Shown here: positions 26,798 to 37,737 of the stretch, one piece after another
Position numbering within the stretch: the stretch's first letter is position 1
Layout: each line of letters starts with the position of its first letter
Assembly (NCBI RefSeq): GCF_000315625.1
Contig: NW_005434664.1
Location: 62,001 to 126,000 of the forward strand
Source of the DNA: Guillardia theta CCMP2712
Lineage: Eukaryota; Protista; Cryptophyta
DNA length: 64,000 nt
Direction: 5' to 3'
Notes under the pieces: generated by a model
Told to the model about the DNA's origin: nothing
Databases searched by the model: none
What the model saw: the letters and a program-made list of their open reading frames with translations, nothing else
Position numbers and translations under genes: made by a program

Positions 26798-27049
26798 ATG
26801 GGGGAGGAGGGGCTCGGAACCATCGACTATGACGTGTTCACAGCAAGCAACACGGGTCTTCTGAACTTGAATGCTGTCAAGAAGAGATTCGGGCTGTCTG
26901 TCGTACGTGACTTGAATGGGATAGAGCTGGAGGAGGATGGAGAAGGATACACATCGGTAGATGAGCTTCTCACAGTCAGAGGTAGCTTAGACATCACAGG
27001 AACGATGAAACCAATTTGCTTGAAACGAACGAATGATACCAAGGAATGA
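26798..27049 (+). CDS. Small hypothetical protein (~83 aa)
   Basis: ATG at 26798 gives a protein-like sequence (MGEEGLGTIDYDVFTASNTGLLNLNAVKKRFGL...). It is divergent from SBP2 and convergent with the next gene. Confidence 0.5.
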   Translation: MGEEGLGTIDYDVFTASNTGLLNLNAVKKRFGLSVVRDLNGIELEEDGEGYTSVDELLTVRGSLDITGTMKPICLKRTNDTKE

Positions 27050-27075
27050 AATTATAACATTGAGAATATTGTAAA

Positions 27076-29056
27076 TCAGCTTGGAAGGAGACCGAGTTTC
27101 CTCAAAGCTTCTATTCTCCTTTGCTCCATCTCGAGACGTTGGAGTTCTCGTTGCCTTTGAGTTCGTTCTTGAGCATTCTTGGATCGCAGAGCCCTCCTGT
27201 CGTCAGTCTCAAGGTAGGATACACAGTCTTTCTGAGATGACATCTGTATAGCAAAGAAGACTTCACCCCAAACCCCGCAGATAGTGTGTGCTGTCTGTTC
27301 TCCATTCCTGAAGAAGGAGAGCTCTCCAAGTTCAAGATCGAGATTCACCGTCAGGATGTCTCCTTTGCCCCAAGAAGTCCCTTTGTAGATCTCGAAGCTT
27401 CTTTGATTCCAAGCGTCTGTACAAGCAAAGTTTTCCAACATTCCACTCTCTGGGACCAGGACATCTCCGATGAACAAACAACCGCTGTAACTGTTCCACC
27501 AGAAAGACTTGTTGTTGGCGACAGCAAAGTCTCCCCAGTCAGCCCCTACTCCCACTGATGAATGCACAACCCCTATGCGCACTCCTCCTCCGTCAGGATC
27601 CAATTCGTCTACACGGAGCATCCAAGAGATCATTCCGACGGGTCTGCCAGCTTCCTCCTTCTCTGCTTGCTTCAAAGCTTCTGCTTTCTGCTTGTCGTTC
27701 TCGTCATCTATCTTCTTGATCTGCCTCAAGAGCAGGCTCATCTCCTTTACTTCTTGCGGCTTCATCTCTCCCCCTTGTTTCTGCTTGTACTCCAACTCAG
27801 CCAATCGAGTCTTCATCTGGGCGTACATGGCAGACTTCTTCTCGTTCTGGGCTGACATCTTGATCGGTTTCCCCAGCTCCCTTCCATCGCTTGTCCCCAG
27901 CTCCCTCCCTTCCCCTGTGACTTCTGGTTTCTGGCTCGATTCAACCTCGGCCGGTGGAATGATCTGAGACAAAACTCCGAGAGGAAGGGGCGAGCCTGAC
28001 GCTATCGGCATCTCGAAGCAAGTTCCACTCACGCTGCTCACAGTGTCTCTGGTGAGACGAATCCTGCAGGGCACTGGCACGCCATCGCCCCTCACACTCC
28101 CGTTGGCCAAACGAAAGGTTCTCCTCTCCGGATAATTCCATCGCACTGTGCGCGATGCGTGAAATTCAGCCCTCCACCCTTGAGCGGTATACAGCCCTCG
28201 ATGCGGCCCCTGGTAGGGAGAGTCGTCATTGCCAAGATAGGCAGTTGGTCTTGTCCGAGACAAACTGTTGAAGTCTTGAGATTCTACATCGAAGACATCC
28301 ACCCCCCCTCTGACACTCCAACACCATCGCTTGACGCTCTCGTCCCAACTCGGTTCATCTTCAAGAAAGCAAGCATGACTGTCAGCCCATGGAAGGTCTT
28401 TCTCCGTCTCCTCCACTTCAGGCTCCTCTTGAGGCATCAAGAGACAGGCTTCTATCATCTCCGAAAACTGAAAGACAACATGTGAGTGGCCTTCGTCTTG
28501 CTCTGCAAGAAGATGCAAGCAACCATACCTCGTCAAACTGGATGAGTCCATCCCCTGAAGTGTCAAACTCATGAAATATTCTTTGCAAATCATCATCGGA
28601 CTTCTCAAGCCCGAGCAGAGAGAAAGCTGTCTTGACTTCTTTCAGGTCAAGTTCCCCACTTCCATCGATGTCCATTTGCTGGAAAATTTTCAAGTATCGC
28701 TTCCTGCAACAGTATCGTTGATTGCTGAGCAGACAAACAATACGAATACCTTGAAATGGATTCAACTATGCGAATGAAGTCTTCATTCGTGATCTGTTGA
28801 TTCGGAGCTGACTTGAAGTGTTTGTCGTATATCCTTGATGCCTCGATCTTTTCGAGAGGCACTCCAAGCTCATGAAAAGCATCTTGCAAAATTCCAATGT
28901 CCAACTTCGTCTTGTAATCTGACGAGGCAGCATCAGAAACGATTTCAATGTCAATGGAGAGGTACCAAATATGCGCTGAAAGACTCTGATAATGTCTTGT
29001 TTCCTGCGTTCCTTCCTGTCAGCTGAGACATCTGGAGTTGCTGTGTCCGATGACAT
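27076..29056 (-). CDS. EF-hand (calcium-binding) + SPRY/B30.2-like domain protein, multi-exon
   Basis: EF-hands DIDGSGELDLKE and DTSGDGLIQFDE. SPRY-like segments ISWMLRV..VRIGVV and WGKGDILTVNLDLELGELSFFRNG..GEVFFAIQM. Exons are separated by ~50-nt introns. Confidence 0.8.
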
Positions 29057-29149
29057 CAGCTCTTGTAGACAGCAAGGTTGCGTGATCGTATTCTATCTCA
29101 ATGCGATCTGATGGTCATGGCAGATGTTGACAACCGTTGTTTCTTCACC

Positions 29150-31314
29150 GATGAGCGCATGTCAGCTTCAAGTGTTCAACTGAAGCGCAGCAGGGATGGG
29201 AAAGTGGGGCGGAGTTGTGATTGGACTACAATTCAAGCCAACCTCAGACAGACATATAAAGATACTAGAAAGACATCAAATACTGTGTAAGGTTTTCCCT
29301 CCGGTGCCCGCAGACATAATAGGAAACCGTGAGAGAGATGCTACTACGAAACTCGTCTTCGGGGTATCAAGCTCAGGAACATGGTGTCAGGTAGTCGTCA
29401 TCAGAGGCTGGGAACACCTTGCTAGCATTGCTTCATTCAATCATTCCTATCACTGCTCAAAACATGGGCATCTTCCTTCCCTTGCAACACGGACAACCGG
29501 AACCGCCTCGATGGCCCATCGCCTGGGGTTACATCAATCAACTCCAACGACAGAGATCCAGTCACTCACCCATGAGGGAGGCGTTATGCTTTTACGCTTC
29601 TTTTTTAGAACGATTTTCAACTGTTTCCAGAGAGAAAAAAGAAATGAGCAAACTAAGCGTCAAATTGTGAGATTCGCACCGGGTAATGAATGGATTCGTC
29701 ATACTGCAAGGCAAGCCCTTTCCCACCTTGATCTTGATTCGACTGTCAAACACAAACAATGCTGTCAGACCGTCGGAAATGTGCATTCTTGCCGTACGTT
29801 GAGAGCTTTTAAGTGTTTGCTCCAGACCTGGGCGACTGTTTTGAATATGCCTGAAAGGTGATAAGAAGCATCACCTCATCGTCGTACACTTGTTCTTGTT
29901 GGACCTCAAATTTCTCCTGAGAAGATTCAAGAATCACCAAAGCACCCACCATTGTACACATATCTACCTGCGCAAGGGCACAAAACTCTTCAAGAGTCCC
30001 TCCCCTCTTTGGCGCCCATAGCAACGCTTGCCCGTTTGAAGACAACAAAACATCTAAGGTGTGAACTGGAGTAACACTGTCAGAGTTTGAAAATTGGACC
30101 GAAGATAGAGACCTAAGGCTTTGTGGTAGTCGCGAAAAAACAAACAATCTGCGCCAATGACGAAATCAAAAGTCCCTGCTCTTGGAACCTCCGCTCCATA
30201 TCAAAATCTCTGAAAGGATTAGACTACAGCAAAACCTGCAGTGAACTGAGCTTCTCCGACCATATCAGCTGTCTGATTCCTATCTTGACGCAATGTTATG
30301 CAAGGTTGCAAAGCAACATCGCATCGAACACCTCTTTACAACAGAAGACAGTGGAGTGTTCAGGCCCTTGATTTGTCTTGAGACTCTCTTTCAATCCCTC
30401 AACAACCTGCTGCAGAGTCAACAGGCGAAAAGTTACCCCAAGAAGATACCTTCTCATTTCCTTTCATCACAATTTTCATTCGTCAGTCATTCAAACACAA
30501 TGATAATTGAATGTACCATCGGTAATCAGGATAGAGTTCATACAAACAGCTTTTGCTAAGAGCAATCCTGCAAGTCCAACCTTGAAAAATGTTCTCAACA
30601 GATTTCCAACTCAAATGCTGTTGTAGAATACCCCTGCCCCTATTTCGCAAACGTTTTTCCCGTCGAGCGTTGCAGACATCTTCAACAGACAATGTGCCAT
30701 CACCTGATACCTCTTTTTGGATCAAACCCACGCTGGAATCAATGTTCTACCTCCTCAGCCGGCCAAAGACAGACATGTCCTGTGCTGTCAACACCGTTGT
30801 TCTGTGAAGCTTGGAAATCCTTGATAGTGACCTGACGTTTCACATGGAAGGATCAACTTGTGGCACGAAGATTTATCAATTGCAGTTGGTAGGCTTGCCT
30901 TTCCGGAGACTCGCTGTCGCAGAATGATATTCTACGAGATGAGGGTTTCAATTTCAAGATAGATCGAATTTGAATACATCACTTTGTCATGATCTCCGGT
31001 CTTGTACTCAACCAGTTCGTACTGGATGTCTCCGTCTTGTTCATACTGTAGCATGATGATGTCATTATCTTGGTCTAAGTCAGGCAGCTCTTATTACCAG
31101 AGAAACGTTTGTGTTCTCATTCAACGTCTGATCAATCCTTTCTACCTGAATCTCTGGTTAAGGCATCGATTCTCAGACTGCGAGGGAAGCTAATACATGG
31201 AAGAGGTCAAAAGTATTGTGCCTTCGTACTGAAACTGCCTGCATCTCTTCTCGATCAAGCACGTTAACTGAATTATTCTTTTTCGGCCTCAGGAAATTTG
31301 CAACCATCTTCCAT
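29150..31314 (-). CDS. Hypothetical multi-exon protein (boundaries approximate)
   Basis: Protein-like minus-strand segments (29809..30147, 30483..30731) flanked by GT/AG signals, with a candidate ATG at 31314. No family recognised. Confidence 0.45.
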
Positions 31315-31519
31315 CTTGCCCGGGCTCTGTTTTTTGTCGGGTCAAGACTTGTGAACGATGGCGTGTAGAATCCATACCCTGCTTCATCTGGTTACGAATC
31401 CTGAATCTTCCACAAATTCGGCTCATGCACCGCCTCTTTACTAACTGTTTGTTATTTTCTGTTCATGTGTAATACTCTACTAAGACTCCCGCTCTTCTCC
31501 TCTATCGCATTACAATACA

Positions 31520-31625
31520 CCACAACACAACACAACACAACACCATACAAGATCACATCACATCACATCACGTCACGTCACGTCACGTCACGTCACATCA
31601 CGTCACGTCACATCACATATCACAT
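31520..31625. repeat. (CACAA)/(CACAT)/(CACGT) pentamer microsatellite
   Basis: Direct reading. Confidence 0.9.
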
Positions 31626-31957
31626 GATGTCTTGTTCGCTTTTACCCGACACGAAAATCTTCGAATTTGCCTCTGCGCTCGATCCCGCCATTTTATCGCA
31701 ATGTCCCCACCCCACCGCTTCACACAGACCGCTGAAACAGGGGGTACTGGGGTAGTACGGAAATCCTGGGCAGAGTATGCGGAGAGGAGACGAGTGAGGG
31801 GGTGGAGAGGTGGAGGATCAAGGGGAGAGGGAAGGGAAGGAGAAAGAGGAGGAGGAAGAGAGACAAAGAAAGGAGGAGGAAAAGAGAGGAGGAAGCTGAA
31901 GAAGGGCAGAAGACTACCAGAGGGGAACGGTGAGGAAGCGGAGCAGCCGCATCAAGA

Positions 31958-34900
31958 ATGGCGGGGAGGAGAGAGCTTCTGCTCGTCTTTATGTTTTGCC
32001 TGTGGCCTTGCGCTTCACCTTTTCTTGGTCTCTATCCCTCTGCATTCCCCGGCACTTCTTTCTTCAATGTCTGGCCCATTCCAAAAGGACTTGCACTCAG
32101 AACGAAACAAGTGGAGGCCCCGCCTCTGAGCGATGCGCTTTCTTGGCTTGACGAAGACGGAGAGCATCTCAATGATCAGACAGCTGACATCTTAGAGAGC
32201 TTTGCTTTTGGAGATGGTCATCTTGAGGAGAAGCGATCGTTGTGTGCAAAGCAATTGTCGGATTTGAGGTTGAACATGTTTTATCCAAAGATAAAACAAG
32301 GAAGTGGTCAAGACACCTGGGGCCAGCTAGATGCCTTCCGCCACATCCTGGAGGCTCGCCTTCATTTCTTGGCATGCTTAGGTCCACAAGTCGCAGTACG
32401 GCAGTACGCTGGAGGGCATGGAGTAAAGTATGCATTGTTTTGGAAAGTAGCCAACCAAACATTTGAAAAATCTGAATTGGAGCAAAAGTATGTGAATGTG
32501 ACTTATCTTGCCTGCATGCCTTTGCATCAATCAATCAGTGAACCTCAGTGGATTTATCGCTTGGAAAAGTGTAGCGGAGAGGAATGGAATCATGCTTTCA
32601 CGAAAATCCAGGGACCTTGGAATAGAAAACCCGCACCTGATGACCCAATCTTCTTTTGTTTTGATCATTTCATGGATATGGTCTCGGCGGACATTCGCTG
32701 GCATTGGCCATTGGTAAGAAATAATCCTGCTGTCATTTCCAACATCTTTCGTGGGAATTTCGCAGTCAGCCGAGAAAGAAGCAGTTTGGAAACAGAGCTC
32801 GATTCCCTATCCTTCGATTACCTCCTCTGGAAAGTGTCGCAGGACGCAAAGAAAGGCAAAGCAGATCTTGGGGATGGCAAGGAGATCTTTCAGATCATCA
32901 ACGATGCGGGGCTTGTTCCATCTTATCTTTCACAACTCCTTCTCATGGACATTGTGGTGGGATGTGCACGGAGAGGTGAAGCTGGTCCAGAGGAGATCGA
33001 CATGGCGCTTGAGACAATCGAATCCCTGGGAATAGGGTCTGATATGAGCATGTATCTTCCTGCCCTTGAGGCTCTAGCATGGGCTGCGTATCATGGCAAG
33101 GCAAACATGAACGATGCCGAAGTCATGGTGTTGAGAATGATGGAATCTTGTTTTGTCTCCGAGAGAATGACTGAGCTGTGCTCCCTCCCTACCTTACACA
33201 GTTGCACCTGGTCTGTCTTGGTCTCCTGCTCTTTCAAGAACTCCATGGACAAGAGGCAATATGTCGGGCAGGCTGCTCCAGGGTTGAAATCCTCGTATAT
33301 TCAAGCAGATCTCAATTGGCGTGATTATGAATTCAATCTGATTAAGACCTTGGAGTGTTACAACGTGTCGAACAGCATCATCATATCTGCTGCAAGGATG
33401 CAGCTAATCTTAGCAGCTTCGCTTGTCGGTGATAGTAGTTTGGAGGAAGTTGAGACAAGATTGACAGAATTCCTGGAGCCGGATGTGGAATTGGAACATG
33501 GAATCGGTTATCCAATGGTAGGTGCTGTTGTTGCTCTTGCTCAACAAGGCAAAGCCACTCTGCAAGATATTCAAAAGACTGTAGCATATTGTGAAGTAGG
33601 AGGTCTGCAGCTTGACTCTTTGTTGGTTGCCCTTTGGCTGAATGGAACTTTAGCTGCATACCGGAGGAACGAGGCTAGTATTGACGACATTGTGGAATTG
33701 TTCAATGTTATATTTCGGCAACGAGTATCTCTTGAGCAGAGACTGTTCAATCAGGTCACAGACGCACTGATATATGGATATCGAAATCTCAATCTCTCAA
33801 CAAGCAAGATTGAACTCATAAAGAGTCAACTGCTTGTGATTGGAGGCACCTTTGACAAAAGCTTCTTTGACTTTTTCTTTGAGGTGGCGCTTGAAGAGCA
33901 TCTCAATAGAAACGTTACTGTATCTTGTTTAGATGCAGAATGCATTGTTGAGGACATGATGATCGCTGGCCATGAGCCCGATACTTTGACTTTGACCCAG
34001 CTGATGAAGATTTTTACGGTCGTCTGCTCCGAATCTCGAGGCTCAATCGAGGATGTTGCCAGGATACTCGACAAGGCAAAGGCAAGCGGAGTGCACTTCG
34101 ACAGCGCTCTGCTGATACAAACGATGCATGCGGTGTGTCAGTGTGCCAAACACGGACAGATTTCTCTTGAACAGACTGTAAGTTTGATGCTGTACCTGAG
34201 CAACGAAGAAGCGGTCACAGGGAGTGCCGAGCTTCTAGGTGCACTCATAGAAGTCGCGTCTGCAGCTGCTCCTTTTGGTTTAGCTCACATGAATCAATTG
34301 ATTCCGTTTGTCGATAGACTTGTACAGCTGAAAGGCGAGCTATCAAAACATCAGAAGCAACTTTTGATGTCGATCTTGGAAGCCAACGCACATCAGGGAC
34401 TGGCAAGTTTGAGCGATGCTGACTTGTCTATGAAGTATATTGAGGGTGGGGGAGAACGACCGACAAAGGAAATGCTTTCAGTATTGCTTGATGTGGTGGT
34501 GTCTGGTGCCGGTCGAGGCCAAGCTGCCATGAAGGATGGAGAACATGTTATCGGCAGAATGAGAGGCTGCGGCTTTGAAATAGGAGAAAGGGAATTGGAG
34601 CGCTTGTTACTGATTGCAAAGTTTTCTGTGCAAGCAAACGTCGGAAATTTCTCTGATAGTTGTAAAGCTGCAGAAGCTCTTCAGAGAAAGATTGGAAATT
34701 TGTCGTCAAAACATGCAGTTTGGATTCTTGAATCTGCTGTGTGGGGTGCGTTTCATCGACGGCAAAAGAATGAAGGGTCAGGCTACGCTGGATCTTGGTA
34801 CAATGAAACATGGGCAAGAGTGGATCGATTTCTGCAGTCATCTAACATCTCCGGTCAGCATCTTGGGTCTAAAGGAGTAGCTCTGTGCGCAAGATTTGCC

Positions 34901-35320
34901 TACTTGGCAGAAAGCAAGCACCTTGCTCTTCGCGCTTGGCAGTTTTTCAGATCAATTCCGCCCAAAAGTCGAAATTCGCTGGTCTATCGAGAGATGATCG
35001 GAGCGTTAGGGGCTGTGAGAAACAGCGAAGCTGCTCTCGGACTTCTCAAAGTAGCCATCAAGAACGGTATTCCCTTGACAGGGGAGATGTACATGACAAC
35101 CTATGAAGCTTGCAGCTACGATCCTGCTGTGGTTGAGAATCACTTGCATGAAGAGTTTGTTCACTGACTTGCTGCATCGCAGGTCCAAGAGTTACAAGAT
35201 GAGTACAGAGACAAGGTGGAGTCAGCGAAGAGAGAGGCTCCTACCCAACAGCTACGAACCTCTAGGCACAGACCAGAGGCTGAAGATGTGCTGTTGTCAC
35301 ATAATCAGGAAAGTAAGTGA
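31958..35320 (+). CDS. PPR-like helical repeat protein with signal peptide, probably plastid-targeted
   Basis: Hydrophobic leader ending CASP-F, resembling a bipartite cleavage site. PPR-like C-terminus (RNSLVYREMIGALGAVRNSEAALGLLKVAIKNGIPLTGEMYMTTYEAC) and GHEPDTLTLTQLMKIF. A probable last intron 35132..35182 extends the CDS to TGA at 35320. Confidence 0.75.
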
Positions 35321-35426
35321 CGTGTAGACTAATCTAATTTCAAACAAAAGAAGTTCGATGTGAATGAATATTTATGTTGTCCAATCTTGTTGTGATTTCC
35401 TCCGGATCTGAAGTAAGATTTCCGTT

Positions 35427-37260
35427 CTATGCTGTATGTATTACATACCTTGGGGAATCGCTTGCTGAAATGTGATTGAAATCACTCTGCACAAAGTCTG
35501 TCGTCAGCAAAGGCTCCGCTTCTACAGGTTGGTGGTTGACATGTACAGATCCAGCTGCAATGAGGCAGCCACCAGGGCTTTCAGAGTCAAGCTCTTTTCT
35601 GTGCTGATAAACGCACAATCGACGCCATCGATGCTTGTGCTTTCGTGACAGCATCATGCTTATATGACCCCATTGCCAGCACCTAGCAACAAGGAGGATC
35701 ATTGCCATTCAACAAGAACCCACACGAAAACAAAAAAAATCACTAAAGAAAGTCAGGTTGCACCGCATCGCACCGCATCGCATCCCAACACATCACATCC
35801 CAACACATCACATCACATCACATCACATCACATCACATCACATCACATCACATCACATCACATCACATCACATTACTGTGTCATATCATAACACATCACA
35901 TCGTAGAGGAGAAGGCGTACGTTATTTCATTCCGCTGAGTCGTGCGTACCCAAAGATTGAAACAGATAATCATGTGCTTTTGGGCCATCTGCACAAGACT
36001 TTTGTTTTGATACAAGTCCAACAGGGTAAAAAATCTTTTGCTGATCTGCATGTAACGATCAATTTTGCTCACTATAACAATCATCCTTTTACCATTTGCA
36101 GGCAAGCCTCCTTCTGTGTAGCTACAAACCTTTCTTCTTGCAATTCACACTCCATCTGCGAGACAAGCGTTTGCAGTTCATCTCCCAAGTTGTTTAGGTC
36201 GTGTCTGGCCTGTTCCTTTGCCAGCTTTATGACACTCTCAATGTTCGTCGGGTCCATTGACTTGGAATGCTTTCGCTGAAACGGCCAATTCTCAAGGAAG
36301 GTCAGAGTCCTGTTCTGAAAGAAAGAGTTCAAAAACCCCGAATTCGGGTAACGCTGCTTGTCGTTTTGGACATGATCGAATAATCTAGAAGGAGCTTCGT
36401 CTTCACGGTCTGAAGTTAGGTTGTTCTTGGCATGGGTGAAAGTCTCGTTGATATTCAGTTGATCTTCATGATAGCAAGCATGCCTACAATGTCCTTGCTT
36501 CTCGTGGTCTTGCCTCTTGCAGACGTTTTTCGAAGGTTGAGGTTGAGGGCTTGAGAAGCTGAGATGTATTTGCAACCCACTGCGATCTTGACGCGGGTAG
36601 AGGAGGCCTGTGATAGTCTTCATCGGGTCAAAGACGCTGTTTGATTCCAACATGTCGACTGGCGTAGGGGCTCTTGAAGCATCGGAGGTTGCGGAGGAGC
36701 GGCAGGGAGTGCATTTCAACTGCCTGATGCGGTTCAGGTTGGCGATCAAGTCCTTGGCATTCGTGCTGGTCCCCAGCGGATGCTCTGGCGAACAGCCAGC
36801 CTCTGCATCGACTCGCGGCGTGAAGGCTGTCGAAAGCTCTTCTAGCGGCATTGAGATCTGCTGCATCACAATCAGCTCACCAGAACAAAGTTTCGACTTC
36901 ATCGTTTGTCTCTGCTATCTCTACATGATCCTGTAGCAAAGTTGTTTGCGATGTTGTACATCGATCATTTCCGAACATCTTCCTGCTAACTTTTGGTCCT
37001 CCTTGAATATTTCTACCCTGCGATGGATGCTGGAAACCAGACTGTTCATCAACAGAACAAACACTCTATAACAATCTCGACTTTTTCGTTTCATCATCAT
37101 GAATTCATAGTCATCATTAAGTTCGCATCTTTTCGATGGCGTGCAAGTGAGCAGATATAGAAAAGCAAAATTTTCGCGTCTGGTCATCCATGTTATCTCA
37201 ATCTTCGTGTTTGGAGTCAAGATGTGGCATCGTCATCACATGCATCACATCTGTTCCATG
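35427..37260 (-). CDS. Hypothetical multi-exon protein with C-terminal coiled coil (boundaries approximate)
   Basis: 273-codon open exon 36081..36902 plus flanking short exon candidates; no family recognised. Confidence 0.5.
35761..35900. repeat. (CACAT)n microsatellite
   Basis: Direct reading. Confidence 0.95.
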
Positions 37261-37394
37261 TCGGTCTTGTCGCTCACTCCTTGTATCGCGGCTCCATTGC
37301 GAACGGCCCTAACCTCTCTCCGTTACACCTCTGAACATGGCGCTGCCTACATTGTCACCATCGATAACTAATTATCTGCTGGTACTGATGACTT

Positions 37395-37612
37395 GCCGAC
37401 CCGGCCCGTAGACGGTGCCAGGCTGAGGGTTCCGGGCCCCGGGCCGACGGACCGTGTGAGCTCGGAGTCGGACTGGCAGTCCAAGCTAAGTTCAACGTGA
37501 CCGTAAATTGAACGCCGGGGCCGGGAGGACTCCGCCGGGGGGACGACCGGGACCCGGCCTCAGGCTGGGCGGCCGCCCCGGGGCCCGGGGCCTGGCGGCC
37601 GGGCCGGGCTCG
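37395..37612. promoter_or_regulatory. GC-rich CCGG/GGCC island between divergent genes (putative promoter region)
   Basis: Abrupt very high GC with many CCGG/CCCGGG/GGCC words; non-coding; similar islands at 47980 and 60665. Confidence 0.4.
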
Positions 37613-37737
37613 TGGCTTTACTACGGCGTTAGTTAGTTTTAGAGACCGAAGTTGAGTAAAATAACAGCCATAATAGTTAATTAGGGTCTAAATAGCTTAT
37701 TATCCTGTTTGTTTGTTGTTTGTTGCAGGTGAAGAAA

